Source: Desulfobacterales bacterium
GTDB taxonomy: Bacteria; Desulfobacterota; Desulfobacteria; Desulfobacterales; JAFDCJ01
Assembly (NCBI GenBank): GCA_050124355.1
Contig: JASFFJ010000001.1
Span: forward strand, 1-47,701
Direction of reading: 5' to 3'
DNA length: 47,701 nt
Part shown: in pieces, positions 1-9,305 of the stretch
Layout: every line of letters starts with the position of its first letter
Position numbering within the stretch: position 1 is the first letter of the stretch
Position numbers and translations under genes: made by a program
Notes under the pieces: model-generated
Database searches by the model: none
What the model was told of the DNA's origin: nothing
Seen by the model: only the letters and a program-made list of their open reading frames with translations

Positions 1-1
1 A

Positions 2-2401
2 TCCGGCCGGGCGCCGCTGCGGACTATTATTCAAGCCCTCAAGGAAACCTACGCTCATTCCATTGGGGTTGAATTCATGCATCTGCAGGATCCGGACGAA
101 CGCAACTGGCTGCTCGATCGAATGGAACCGGGGCGAAATAAGTCTAAATTCGACAGCCCGGTCAAACGCCGTATATTGGACAATCTTTTCCAGGCGGCTT
201 TGTTCGAGCAATTCATCAACAAAAAATATATTGCGGTAACCCGTTTTTCATTAGAAGGCGGCGATGCCATTATCCCGGCCCTAAATAGTCTGGTTGAGCA
301 TGTGGCTCAGAAAGGCTGTTGCGAAATTATTCTGGGGATGGCCCACCGTGGACGATTAAATGTACAAGCCCACCTTCTAAAAAGGCCCTATGAAGATATT
401 TTTTCTGAATTTGAAAGCTGCTACGATCCAGATGATTTATCGGGTTCCGGAGATGTAAAATATCACAACGGATATTTGACGGATCTGCAACTCACTCAAT
501 CGTCAAGCCTCCGCATTTTTTTAATAAACAACCCGAGTCATTTGGAGGCGGTGGATCCGGTGGTGGAAGGTTTTGTAAGGGCCCGGCAGGATATCCAGTC
601 AGATCAAAAACATAGCAAGGTGCTACCTCTGCTGATCCATGGCGATGCCGCTTTTGCCGGACAGGGAATCGTGACCGAGACCCTGAATATGTCCCAGCTT
701 GAGGGGTATCGAACCGGCGGAACGATTCATCTGGTGATCAATAACCAGATTGGATACACCACCCTGCCCGAAGATGCCCGTTCCACCCGATATTCCACTG
801 ATGTTGCCAAAATGCTGATGGTGCCGATTTTTCACGTGCACGGAGAGGACCCCGAGGCACTTGTTCACGTATTTCAGCTTGCTGCCGACTACCGCTGGAA
901 ATTCGGCAAGGATGTGGTAATCGACGTGGTTTGTTATCGCCGCTACGGGCACAATGAGGGCGATGAACCCTATTTCACCCAGCCCTTGATGTACGAACAA
1001 ATTCGACAGCGGCCTTCTTTACACCAGATGTATGCCGAAAAACTGCTGGAAGAACAGATTATTCAAAAAGATAAAATTGATGATCTTGAAAAAACAATTA
1101 ACACGCGTTTAAATACTGCCTACGATGCCGTTCACGGAAGCGAATGCCCATTTCCGTTTGCGCTTTTTTACGAAAACTGGGAAGACATTGAAGCAGATTA
1201 TTCCCCTGCTCCGATAGATACCGGTGTCAAAGAGAAAACCCTTATCTCGCTGGCCCGCAAGCTGAATAAAGTTCCCGAAACCTTTACCTTAAACCCGAAA
1301 CTTGAAAGACTGCTCCAAAGACGGTTGCAAGCCGTGGAAAGCGGATACGGAATCGATTGGGCCGGTGCCGAGGCCTTGTCATTTGCCTCTATACTGACGG
1401 AAGGTGCTCCCATCCGCCTCAGCGGTCAGGACAGTGGCCGGGGAACATTTAGTCAGCGACACAGCGTGCTGGTGGATACCCAGTCCGGCAAGAGCTATAC
1501 ACCCCTCAATGAGCTGGCTGAGAATCAGGCGCCTTTTCGGGTGTATAACAGTCTGTTGTCGGAGGCCGGCGTTCTCGGTTTTGAATATGGATATTCAATC
1601 GCCCAACCCCACGGACTGGTTCTCTGGGAGGCCCAGTTCGGTGACTTTGCCAACAATGCGCAAGCGATCATCGATCTCTTTATTGTCAGCGGAGAATCCA
1701 AATGGCAGCGGTTGAGCGGTCTGGTGTTATTGCTGCCCCATGGTTTTGAAGGTTTGGGTCCTGAACACTCCAGTGCTCGCCTAGAGCGTTTTTTACAGTT
1801 ATGCGCCGCCGATAATATCCAAATCTGTTATCCCACGACCCCCAGCCAGTATTTTCATCTCCTGCGCCGTCAGATTAAAAGCAAATTTCGCAAACCGCTG
1901 GTGATCATGACGCCCAAAAGTCTTTTGCGACATCCGGCGGCCATATCGACGCTCGATGAACTTGCCGGTGGTTCATTCCAAACGGTGCTCGACGATCCCA
2001 ACGGAACAAAAAATTCGAAAACAATTCTGTTTTGCAGCGGCAAGATCTTTTATGAACTTGCCGCCCGGCGAAAAGACCTGGATATCTCAGATGTCGGCAT
2101 TGTGCGTATCGAACAGTTTTACCCGTTTCCCCAAGATCAATTGAATGCGGTGGTAACGAAATATTCCCGTACCAAAAAATGGTGCTGGGTTCAGGAAGAA
2201 CCAGAAAATATGGGCGGATGGCAATTTATCAAACCCCGGCTTGAGAGCATCACCAAGCGAACGCTTACGTATATCGGCAGGAAGCCGGCCTCCAGCCCGG
2301 CCACGGGGTTTCCGGCGATATTCAAGCAGGAGCAAAGCCAGATTATTGAAACAGCCGTGGGCCGGGCCGCCGGGGAAAAACAACCGTCTGAGGTGAGCTA
2401 G
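2..2401 (+). CDS. sucA: 2-oxoglutarate dehydrogenase E1 component (5'-truncated by window edge)
   Basis: Frame open from position 2 (SGRAPLRTIIQALKETYAHSIGVEFMH). Motifs RFSLEG, GMAHRGRLN, GDVKYH, NPSHLE, HGDAAFAGQG, RLSGQD, WEAQFGDFAN, GPEHSSAR. Confidence 0.97.
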   Translation, partial: SGRAPLRTIIQALKETYAHSIGVEFMHLQDPDERNWLLDRMEPGRNKSKFDSPVKRRILDNLFQAALFEQFINKKYIAVTRFSLEGGDAIIPALNSLVEHVAQKGCCEIILGMAHRGRLNVQAHLLKRPYEDIFSEFESCYDPDDLSGSGDVKYHNGYLTDLQLTQSSSLRIFLINNPSHLEAVDPVVEGFVRARQDIQSDQKHSKVLPLLIHGDAAFAGQGIVTETLNMSQLEGYRTGGTIHLVINNQIGYTTLPEDARSTRYSTDVAKMLMVPIFHVHGEDPEALVHVFQLAADYRWKFGKDVVIDVVCYRRYGHNEGDEPYFTQPLMYEQIRQRPSLHQMYAEKLLEEQIIQKDKIDDLEKTINTRLNTAYDAVHGSECPFPFALFYENWEDIEADYSPAPIDTGVKEKTLISLARKLNKVPETFTLNPKLERLLQRRLQAVESGYGIDWAGAEALSFASILTEGAPIRLSGQDSGRGTFSQRHSVLVDTQSGKSYTPLNELAENQAPFRVYNSLLSEAGVLGFEYGYSIAQPHGLVLWEAQFGDFANNAQAIIDLFIVSGESKWQRLSGLVLLLPHGFEGLGPEHSSARLERFLQLCAADNIQICYPTTPSQYFHLLRRQIKSKFRKPLVIMTPKSLLRHPAAISTLDELAGGSFQTVLDDPNGTKNSKTILFCSGKIFYELAARRKDLDISDVGIVRIEQFYPFPQDQLNAVVTKYSRTKKWCWVQEEPENMGGWQFIKPRLESITKRTLTYIGRKPASSPATGFPAIFKQEQSQIIETAVGRAAGEKQPSEVS

Positions 2402-2540
2402 AACAATTGGTATTTGATCTAGTTGAGATTTGGATATTGTAGTTTGGAATTTAGTTGTCATTTGGTGCTTGAAATTTGTTATTTCTCTCCAAGCCGTAGG
2501 TTCAGATCTACGAGCCGGAGACCGGGCTATCCGGGTTAGG
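2402..2540. repeat. AT-rich intergenic repeat family A, copy 1 (partial; carries the hairpin mini-insert)
   Basis: TTGAGATTTGGATATTGT..TTTGGAATTTA..TTTGGTGCTTG.AATTTGTTATTTC is shared with 18341-18509 and, inverted, with 41731-41901. Confidence 0.85.
2486..2522 (+). mobile_element. Hairpin mini-insertion element, copy 1
   Basis: TCTCCAAGCCGTAGGTTCAGATCTACGAGCCGGAGAC interrupts TTATTTC|CGG, which is uninterrupted in the other family A copies. Confidence 0.75.
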
Positions 2541-2568
2541 CAATCATAGAGGAAATTAAGGGGTATTT

Positions 2569-3927
2569 ATGCTCAAGGAAATCAAAGTGCCCAGTGTAGG
2601 AGAATCCGTAACCGAAGCGCTGTTGGCCCAGTGGTTTAAAGCGGATGGGGATCGGGTGAAGGCTGAAGAACCGCTGTTTGTCATTGAAACCGACAAGATC
2701 ACCCTGGAAGTGGTGGCCGAAGCCGATGGGATCCTTTCGATTACAATACCGGAGGGGGAAACGGTCGCCATCGGTGCGGTGGTCGGTACGCTGGATACCG
2801 CTGCAGCAGCGGAAACAGCCGATGAACCTGCTGCCGATATAGCTAAAAAAGAGGTTGAAGCGGCACCTGCCCTGGCAGAAGCGGCGGCACCTGAATTAGC
2901 TGCTGAAAGCGCACCAGCTGCTCCGGTCGCCGAGGTTGCCGAACCGGCTGCATCAATCCAGGAAGCCGTCGCTGAGGCGCCGGCTCTTGAAAGCGGGCAA
3001 AAAGCCCAATTTGCACCGTCGGTAAGAAGGCTGCTGGCGGAAAAGAATTTAGCACCTGCTCAAATTACGGGGACCGGCCCCGGTGGTCGAATTACGAAGT
3101 CAGATGTCATTTTATTCCTGGAGAGCGGGCAGGCTCCGGTTTCCACCGGCACCGCCGATCAGGCAAGGAATGCCGAGGCCAAGCAAGTTTCAATCGAAAA
3201 GTCCACCGAAAAAGCCGCTGCAGCCGAAGAACGTTCCCACCGCAAACCGATGAGCCGGATTCGTCAGCGCATTGCCGCCCGCTTGTTAGAGGCTAAACAC
3301 AGCACGGCCATGCTAACGACGTTCAATGAAATTGATATGGCTCACGTCATGGCCATCCGGGGGCAGTATAAAGAAAATTTCAAAAAAAAATACGGTGTCG
3401 GGCTGGGATTCATGTCGTTTTTTATCAAAGCCTGCATTGAAGCACTCAAGGAAATTTCTCAAATCAATGCCTTTGTAGATGGTACGGATATCATCGAGCA
3501 CAACTATTACCATATCGGGGTGGCTATCGGGTCCGAACGTGGTCTGGTGGTCCCGGTGATTCGACATGCCGACATGCTGAGTTTCGCCGAGTTGGAGCAG
3601 GCCATTGTGGACTATGTAAAAAAGATCAATGAAAATCGTCTCCAACTATCCGACCTGGAGGGCGGCACCTTTACCATCAGCAATGGCGGCGTTTACGGAT
3701 CCCTGTTGAGTACGCCCATTTTAAACACCCCCCAAAGCGCCATCCTGGGGATGCATAAGATCGAAAAACGTCCGGTGGTCATCGATGACGAGGTCGTCAT
3801 CCGACCCATGATGTATGTGGCGCTCAGTTACGACCATCGCATTGTCGACGGCAGAGAGGCGGTCACCTTCCTCAAGCGCATCAAGGAATGTGTAGAAAAC
3901 CCGGAACGAATCATGATGGAGATTTAA
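2569..3927 (+). CDS. sucB: Dihydrolipoyl succinyltransferase (OGDH E2)
   Basis: Lipoyl domain ([17 protein letters not shown]), Ala/Pro/Glu linker, E3-binding domain ([10 protein letters not shown]), catalytic YDHRIVDG. Confidence 0.97.
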   Translation: MLKEIKVPSVGESVTEALLAQWFKADGDRVKAEEPLFVIETDKITLEVVAEADGILSITIPEGETVAIGAVVGTLDTAAAAETADEPAADIAKKEVEAAPALAEAAAPELAAESAPAAPVAEVAEPAASIQEAVAEAPALESGQKAQFAPSVRRLLAEKNLAPAQITGTGPGGRITKSDVILFLESGQAPVSTGTADQARNAEAKQVSIEKSTEKAAAAEERSHRKPMSRIRQRIAARLLEAKHSTAMLTTFNEIDMAHVMAIRGQYKENFKKKYGVGLGFMSFFIKACIEALKEISQINAFVDGTDIIEHNYYHIGVAIGSERGLVVPVIRHADMLSFAELEQAIVDYVKKINENRLQLSDLEGGTFTISNGGVYGSLLSTPILNTPQSAILGMHKIEKRPVVIDDEVVIRPMMYVALSYDHRIVDGREAVTFLKRIKECVENPERIMMEI

Positions 3928-3928
3928 A

Positions 3929-5356
3929 ATGGCCAAGGTTGAAAACTACGACGTTGTCATCATTGGAAGTGGTCCCGGCGGATATGTGGCGGCGGTTCGT
4001 GCCGCCCAACTCGACATGAAAGTCGCCTGTATCGAAAAAGAACCACGCCTGGGAGGCGTGTGCCTGAATGTCGGCTGCATCCCCAGCAAAGCCCTGCTGG
4101 ATTCCAGTGAATACTATCATCTGGCCAGAGAACAATTCGCCGCCCACGGAATCAAAACCGGCCGGGTAAGTTTAGATCTGGCCACCATGATGGCGCGCAA
4201 GGAAAAGGTCGTTCAGGAGCTGACCGCAAACGTCAAACGGCTTCTTGAAGGTCATAATATCGACATCTTCCATGGCGTGGCCAAATTAGCCGGATCAGAT
4301 CGCGTCGAGGTGGCACAAAAGACATCGGGAGCTAAAAAAAGTAAGAATATAAGTCTGCAGGCCAAAGCGATCATCCTGGCCACCGGCAGTGAGCCGGTAT
4401 CGCTACCGGGTCTTGAGTTTGATGAACCCCATATTGTCAGCTCCAATGAAGCCCTAAATTTTGACGCCGTTCCCAAACATCTCGGCATTGTGGGCGGCGG
4501 TTACATCGGACTGGAATTGGGTTCAGTGTGGCTGCGCCTCGGTGCAAAGGTAACCGTGATTGAAATGCTGCCTAAAATCGCCACCACCCTGGATGGCCAG
4601 GTGGAACGTAAACTGCAGCGGGTTCTCAAGCGCCAGGGTATAAATTTCCACATGCAAACCAAGGTAACCGGTGCCAAGATCGCCGGCAAATCCGTGCGGG
4701 TGGACCTGGAAACCAAAAAGGGCCCGGAAAAGATATCTTGCAACCGTCTTCTAATCAGCGTAGGACGCCGTCCCCGTACCTCGGGATTAGGAATTAAAAA
4801 AATGGGCATCCAAACGGACCCCGACTCCGGGCACCTACTGGTGGATGCTTCCTATCGTACCAATATCCCCACCATTTATGCCATTGGCGATTTAGTCCCC
4901 GGTCCGATGCTGGCCCATAAAGCTTCGGCCGAAGGAATCGCAGCGGTTGAATGTATCGCCGGCAAGCCCGGCGAAGTGAACTACGACGCCATTCCCTCGG
5001 TGATCTACACCTGGCCTGAAGTGGCCGCGGTGGGAATCACTCAAGAACAGGCCAAAGAACGTGAGATCGACTACTGTACCGGCACCTATCCATTCTCCGG
5101 CGCCGGCCGGGCCCGCTGCATGGGTGAAACCGAAGGATTTGTCAAAGTCATTGCTCATAAAAAAACAGACCGGGTCCTTGGGGTGCACATCATCGGACCC
5201 CGGGCAGCGGACATGATTGCCGAATGCGTGCTGGCTCTCGAGTTTAACGCCAGTTCCGAAGACATCGCCCGCACCGTTCACGGGCACCCGACCTTTTCAG
5301 AAGCCCTGCAAGAAGCGGCCATGGCGGTGCAGAAATGCTCGATATATGGGTCCTGA
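3929..5356 (+). CDS. lpdA: Dihydrolipoyl dehydrogenase (E3)
   Basis: GSGPGG FAD motif, GGVCLNVGCIPSK disulfide, GGGYIG, HPTFSE; 1 bp after sucB. Confidence 0.97.
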   Translation: MAKVENYDVVIIGSGPGGYVAAVRAAQLDMKVACIEKEPRLGGVCLNVGCIPSKALLDSSEYYHLAREQFAAHGIKTGRVSLDLATMMARKEKVVQELTANVKRLLEGHNIDIFHGVAKLAGSDRVEVAQKTSGAKKSKNISLQAKAIILATGSEPVSLPGLEFDEPHIVSSNEALNFDAVPKHLGIVGGGYIGLELGSVWLRLGAKVTVIEMLPKIATTLDGQVERKLQRVLKRQGINFHMQTKVTGAKIAGKSVRVDLETKKGPEKISCNRLLISVGRRPRTSGLGIKKMGIQTDPDSGHLLVDASYRTNIPTIYAIGDLVPGPMLAHKASAEGIAAVECIAGKPGEVNYDAIPSVIYTWPEVAAVGITQEQAKEREIDYCTGTYPFSGAGRARCMGETEGFVKVIAHKKTDRVLGVHIIGPRAADMIAECVLALEFNASSEDIARTVHGHPTFSEALQEAAMAVQKCSIYGS

Positions 5357-5788
5357 TAGGGGGTAATGATACAAAATTAAGTAACCCTGAACGCCAATTG
5401 ACCCCTATAATTAGTAAAATATTGACAACAATAACAATTTTAGGTACATATCCACCTACGGCAAAGATACGTTCGTAATCAAGCATCACATGCTATCCTG
5501 AAGCGTATGACGCAACAGCGTCTCATCCCATTTATCGATCTCATCCTGAATCGAACGTTGAGCCGAACCTGAACCTAAACCAAAATTCAAAGAGCGTCGC
5601 GTTTAACCCTTAACTTTGGTGGAAAAAACCATGAAAAAGGGTTACCGAAAAATGCCGATAAGAAGCCTCTGAAGGTGTTTTATATGCCTTTGGAGGCTAT
5701 TTAGTTTTAGAGTGAAATTTGAAAACATAGATTAACCAAAGCTAGATCCTTTGCGAGTGGAGTCTTTACTTTAAAAAAGGAGGGTATT

Positions 5789-6088
5789 ATGGCTGTAAAA
5801 ATTTTAATCAAGCGCCAATTCAAAGAAGGCAATTTAAAAATGGCCGCACGATTATTAATTAACCACCGAAACGGGGCGATGCAGCAGCCTGGCTATATAT
5901 CTTCAGAAACCATGCAGCGTCTCGAAGACCCATTTCAGATCACAGTGGTATCGATGTGGCAAGACATTGAAGCCTGGGAAGCCTGGAAAAACAGTGAGAC
6001 GCGTCTGGCCAATGAGAATGAAGCAAAAGATTACCTGGTCGGACAGACCGAGTACGAACACTATTCATTGGGGCTGCCCCTTGAATAG
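5789..6088 (+). CDS. Antibiotic biosynthesis monooxygenase (ABM) family protein
   Basis: 99 aa; AMQQPGYISSET and SMWQDIEAWEAWKNS; AAGGAGG RBS. Confidence 0.8.
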   Translation: MAVKILIKRQFKEGNLKMAARLLINHRNGAMQQPGYISSETMQRLEDPFQITVVSMWQDIEAWEAWKNSETRLANENEAKDYLVGQTEYEHYSLGLPLE

Positions 6089-6130
6089 CGGCAGTTCAGT
6101 GTCGTTAGCTTAAGACCGGGTTTAATACCT

Positions 6131-6203
6131 GTTGGAGCGACTTCCAGCCGCGATTAAGCGACTAAGACTTCCGTACGAATTCTTTTCGTGGCTGGAAACC
6201 ACT
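6131..6203. repeat. Degenerate inverted REP doublet (REPIN-like)
   Basis: GTTGGAGCGACTTCCAGCCGCGA ... TCGTGGCTGGAAACCACT; arms match 14/18 as inverted repeats. Confidence 0.55.
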
Positions 6204-6479
6204 GGGTCCGCGGGTTGAGTCCGTGCTGGGGAGAGCAAAATTAAATCAAGTGCTTACACAAAATTCTGTTTCCAACCCCATTTCCAACCATTCCGAGAAA
6301 TGAATGACCGGCCAAATCTGGTATGATTGTTAATGGATAGCTGTACTAGGAATTCGGCCAGGGTCGCCGACTTTCAGCCTGCACTGCCTGCCCTCGGGAA
6401 TGGTTAATATATCTGGCTATGCCTTCTCAAAAGATCGTTATAGAGTAAACACTGCAGCAGTCGAGACAGAAAATCAATA

Positions 6480-7100
6480 ATGATAAATTTCTTGACCATC
6501 GGAACCATATTAGGCTTGTCTGCAGGTTTTGCCCCAGGTCCACTCTTGACCCTTGTAATTTCTGAAACTCTTCAACATGATATTAAATCTGGTATTAAAG
6601 TTGCCCTCGCACCAATTATCACCGATTTGCCAATAATTATTTTAACTTTATTCATTCTGGCAAAATTATCCAATTTCCATAACATACTGGGAGTAATTTC
6701 ACTGACAGGTGGTTTCGTTATTTTGTTTATGGGCTACGAAAGTTTACGTACGAAAGGAGTTGAGCTAAATCTTAAAGAGACAAAGCCTAAATCCTTAACA
6801 AAGGGGATATTAGCAAATGCTCTAAGCCCGCATCCTTACTTATTTTGGCTTGGTGTTGGTGCTCCAACTATAACCAAGGCAATGAACCAAAGCATCATTG
6901 CGGCTTTGGGTTTCATTTGTAGTTTTTATGCTTTCTTAGTGGGCTCAAAAATTGTCTTGGCGATATTGGTTGGCAAATCAAAAAATTTTTTAGTTGGCAA
7001 TGTGTACATATACACTATGCGTTTCCTCGGCTTGGCACTATGTGTTTTAGCATTTGTTCTTTTTCGTGACGGCCTAAAACTATTGGGAATAATATTGTGA
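6480..7100 (+). CDS. LysE family translocator
   Basis: GLSAGFAPGP and NALSPHPYLFW motifs; hydrophobic 206 aa; visibly AT-rich. Confidence 0.9.
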   Translation: MINFLTIGTILGLSAGFAPGPLLTLVISETLQHDIKSGIKVALAPIITDLPIIILTLFILAKLSNFHNILGVISLTGGFVILFMGYESLRTKGVELNLKETKPKSLTKGILANALSPHPYLFWLGVGAPTITKAMNQSIIAALGFICSFYAFLVGSKIVLAILVGKSKNFLVGNVYIYTMRFLGLALCVLAFVLFRDGLKLLGIIL

Positions 7101-7261
7101 GATCCACAATCCGAGGGTTCATGGCATAACAGGCGATGACTGCTATTATATCCGAAATTAAAACAAAAGGTTAATCGTAATGATTACCAGATGATATCTT
7201 GTTGAATCATTCAGTCTGCGGAAAGGATCTCCCGGGGAGCCTGCGAAAGCGAAGGAAGTTG

Positions 7262-7719
7262 ATGATGTTGAGTACGGAATCTTTTCGACCTGCACTTTAT
7301 CTGCGAAACGGCCACCTTCAAACCATATTAGCCAGCAGCTCATTTCGTGCCTGGGGTAAAAATCCCATGTTCGATTCTGACAGGATTTTCCCTTGGCGGA
7401 AACTTTGCCCTGCGGATTGCCCGCAAAATGCTTCAGACTCCGATTGCAAACCTGTGCCATGTGGTGGCCATCAGCCCGGTCCTGAACCCGGCCAAATCAA
7501 CCTTTAGAATTGATCCATATCCTTCCTGTTGCGGATTTTTATCAGCTCGAACTAAATCATCACCCCCATTTGGTAATTCACGCTTTTGGCGGACATAATG
7601 CATTTTTCGATGAATTCTTTTTGAAAAGCTGGTATGAACAGAAACTAGCGGATATATTTCATAATATAGTTTTAAATAATGCGATTGGAAAGATCCCTGC
7701 AGTATCCCTTCGAAAATAG
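7262..7719 (+). pseudogene. YheT-like alpha/beta hydrolase remnant with internal deletions and frameshifts
   Basis: Three collinear fragments in different frames: FRPALYLRNGHLQTILAS (N-terminus), LTGFSLGGNFALR (nucleophile elbow), FGGHNAF (catalytic His region). About 150 codons in total. Confidence 0.75.
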
Positions 7720-7762
7720 GGATAAAGGTAGCCAAAAGCTTCTACTTTGAGGAGAATAAGCC

Positions 7763-8185
7763 ATGAAGACCACTTTAAAGCCCGGCCTGACCCATGAGTT
7801 TAAATTCAAGATTCCCGAAGATAAAACCGTCCCTAACCTTTATCCTGAAGCGCCGGAATTTCAGGAAATGCCGAAAGTTTTGGCCACCGGGTTTATGGTC
7901 GGCCTGTTTGAATGGACGTGCATCCAAGCCATCAATCCTCATATTGACTGGCCTGGTGAACAAACTGTCGGCATCGATATCAAAATCAGTCACTTAGCAG
8001 CGACGCCGCCCGGCCTGTCTGTTGTTGTCAAGGTTAAGTTGGAAGAAGTGGAAGGTCGCAAACTTGTCTTTTCAATCGTTGCGGATGACGGCATTGACAA
8101 GATATCCGAGGGAACCCACCAAAGATTCATCATCGATGCTGCAAAATTCAATGCCAAGTTGGCTGCTAAAATAAGTGCGAAGTGA
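7763..8185 (+). CDS. Fluoroacetyl-CoA thioesterase (FlK)-like hotdog thioesterase
   Basis: VLATGFMVGLFE, TVGIDIKISHLAATPPG, GTHQRFII; AGGAG RBS. Confidence 0.88.
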   Translation: MKTTLKPGLTHEFKFKIPEDKTVPNLYPEAPEFQEMPKVLATGFMVGLFEWTCIQAINPHIDWPGEQTVGIDIKISHLAATPPGLSVVVKVKLEEVEGRKLVFSIVADDGIDKISEGTHQRFIIDAAKFNAKLAAKISAK

Positions 8186-8293
8186 CATAAGCAAATTGAG
8201 TGACGAACGCAGACTTGTACTAAAAATTCGACGTTGACAATTTATATGAGGAGAAAACTTTGGCCCGTAAGAATACAGCTACCAGGCCTCTGT

Positions 8294-8500
8294 TTATCTT
8301 TTTGTCAGGCGAGGGTCAAAAAATGAAAGTAGACCTGCATTCTTGCGCCGCGACAGTGTTGTGATGGCAATATTTAAGACCTTTGAAATCGCCATTTCGG
8401 AAACATCCAGGTTCTTGCGAAGCTTTTCAAACGGCCCTGTCGGGAGTCCCTTTTTAAGCTTCGAGATGATCATCGCGCTGTTTTGCGGCTTTAAACCTGA
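8294..8500 (-). pseudogene. Truncated Xre/MbcA/ParS-type antitoxin (HTH portion only)
   Basis: Hand translation: SGLKPQNSAMIISKLKKGLPTGPFEKLRKNLDVSEMAISKVLNIAITTLSRRKNAGLLS. Resembles the Xre-like HTH of RES-Xre antitoxins; C-terminal domain and RES toxin absent. Confidence 0.6.
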
Positions 8501-8528
8501 GGATAATGATAATTATCAGCAGTATCTA

Positions 8529-8927
8529 TCACCAGAGCGCTTGCGTAAAATTTTCACGTAGTTTCTTGTCAGCCGTGATCAATAATAAAGATTGATCCCG
8601 CATAGTTTCGGCAACCAACAATCGATCAAAAACATCTCTGGTCCAATTGATCTTTAGGGCTTCTTCAATGATATTATCTAACGGGCAATCTGAAGTTCTT
8701 AAATCAATTTCACGGGCTAAAGCTCCTATTATTTTATTCGGCTTAACCTTGATGCGCCCGATTTCATATAGATATTGAAGCTCTAACCTTACAAATTGAG
8801 AAATAACAACATCATTGTCGTCAATTCTCGCCTTGGCTTTCGGCGTAAATTTATCCAGCAGCCCCGCATACAGCCACACCACGATGTGTGTGTCCAAATA
8901 AACTAGTGATTGGCTTCTTCGTTCCAT
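8529..8927 (-). CDS. vapC: VapC-family PIN domain toxin
   Basis: YLDTHIVVW, LELQYLYEIGR, RDVFDRLLVA, ITAD acidic PIN motifs; overlaps the antitoxin. Confidence 0.88.
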   Translation of the reverse strand: MERRSQSLVYLDTHIVVWLYAGLLDKFTPKAKARIDDNDVVISQFVRLELQYLYEIGRIKVKPNKIIGALAREIDLRTSDCPLDNIIEEALKINWTRDVFDRLLVAETMRDQSLLLITADKKLRENFTQALW

Positions 8928-9136
8928 TCACCGACCTTAAGTTCAATTAATTCGTCCGGATCACCCACAATACAGTTTCGTTTTTTCAAATTATTTAATT
9001 TGCTCTTTTTTTCTTCCAGCACAATCTTTAGTTTATGACCTTTCCTTTCTATTTCCACGGGCATGCCGGTTTCAATTACCCGGTCAACTATTTTAAATAG
9101 TTGGTTTCTTAATGCCGTTAAAGATATAGGTGACAT
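8903..9136 (-). CDS. Phd/YefM-family antitoxin
   Basis: MSPISLTALRNQLFKIVDRVIETGMPVEIERKG; ATG at 9136 has a GAGG RBS (track start is 9148). Confidence 0.85.
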   Translation of the reverse strand: MSPISLTALRNQLFKIVDRVIETGMPVEIERKGHKLKIVLEEKKSKLNNLKKRNCIVGDPDELIELKVGEWNEEANH

Positions 9137-9170
9137 TTTAATCCTCATATGGCGTCAAATCTTAGCAACC

Positions 9171-9211
9171 GTACACGTACATATAATATGTTATGTACTG
9201 TACGTTGTCAA
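9171..9211 (-). promoter_or_regulatory. Sigma70 promoter of the TA operon with GTAC operator-like repeats
   Basis: Minus strand TTGACA (9211-9206), 17 bp, TATTAT (9188-9183); GTACACGTAC at 9171-9180 and GTACTGTAC at 9195-9203. Confidence 0.75.
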
Positions 9212-9305
9212 GAGGCTGCCAAAGGCTGATTGGGCAAACAGGATCGGACCACGGCGAACGCCTGAAAATTAAGAATGTATGCTAAAAATCCTACCGTTTA
9301 GAGAT

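Noticed and set aside
5440-5580. Possible transposase remnant after a TTGACA hexamer
   Set aside because: No convincing protein motif in the plus-strand frames I translated by hand.
8343-8561. 72-aa plus-strand ORF
   Set aside because: Antisense shadow of the Xre antitoxin remnant.
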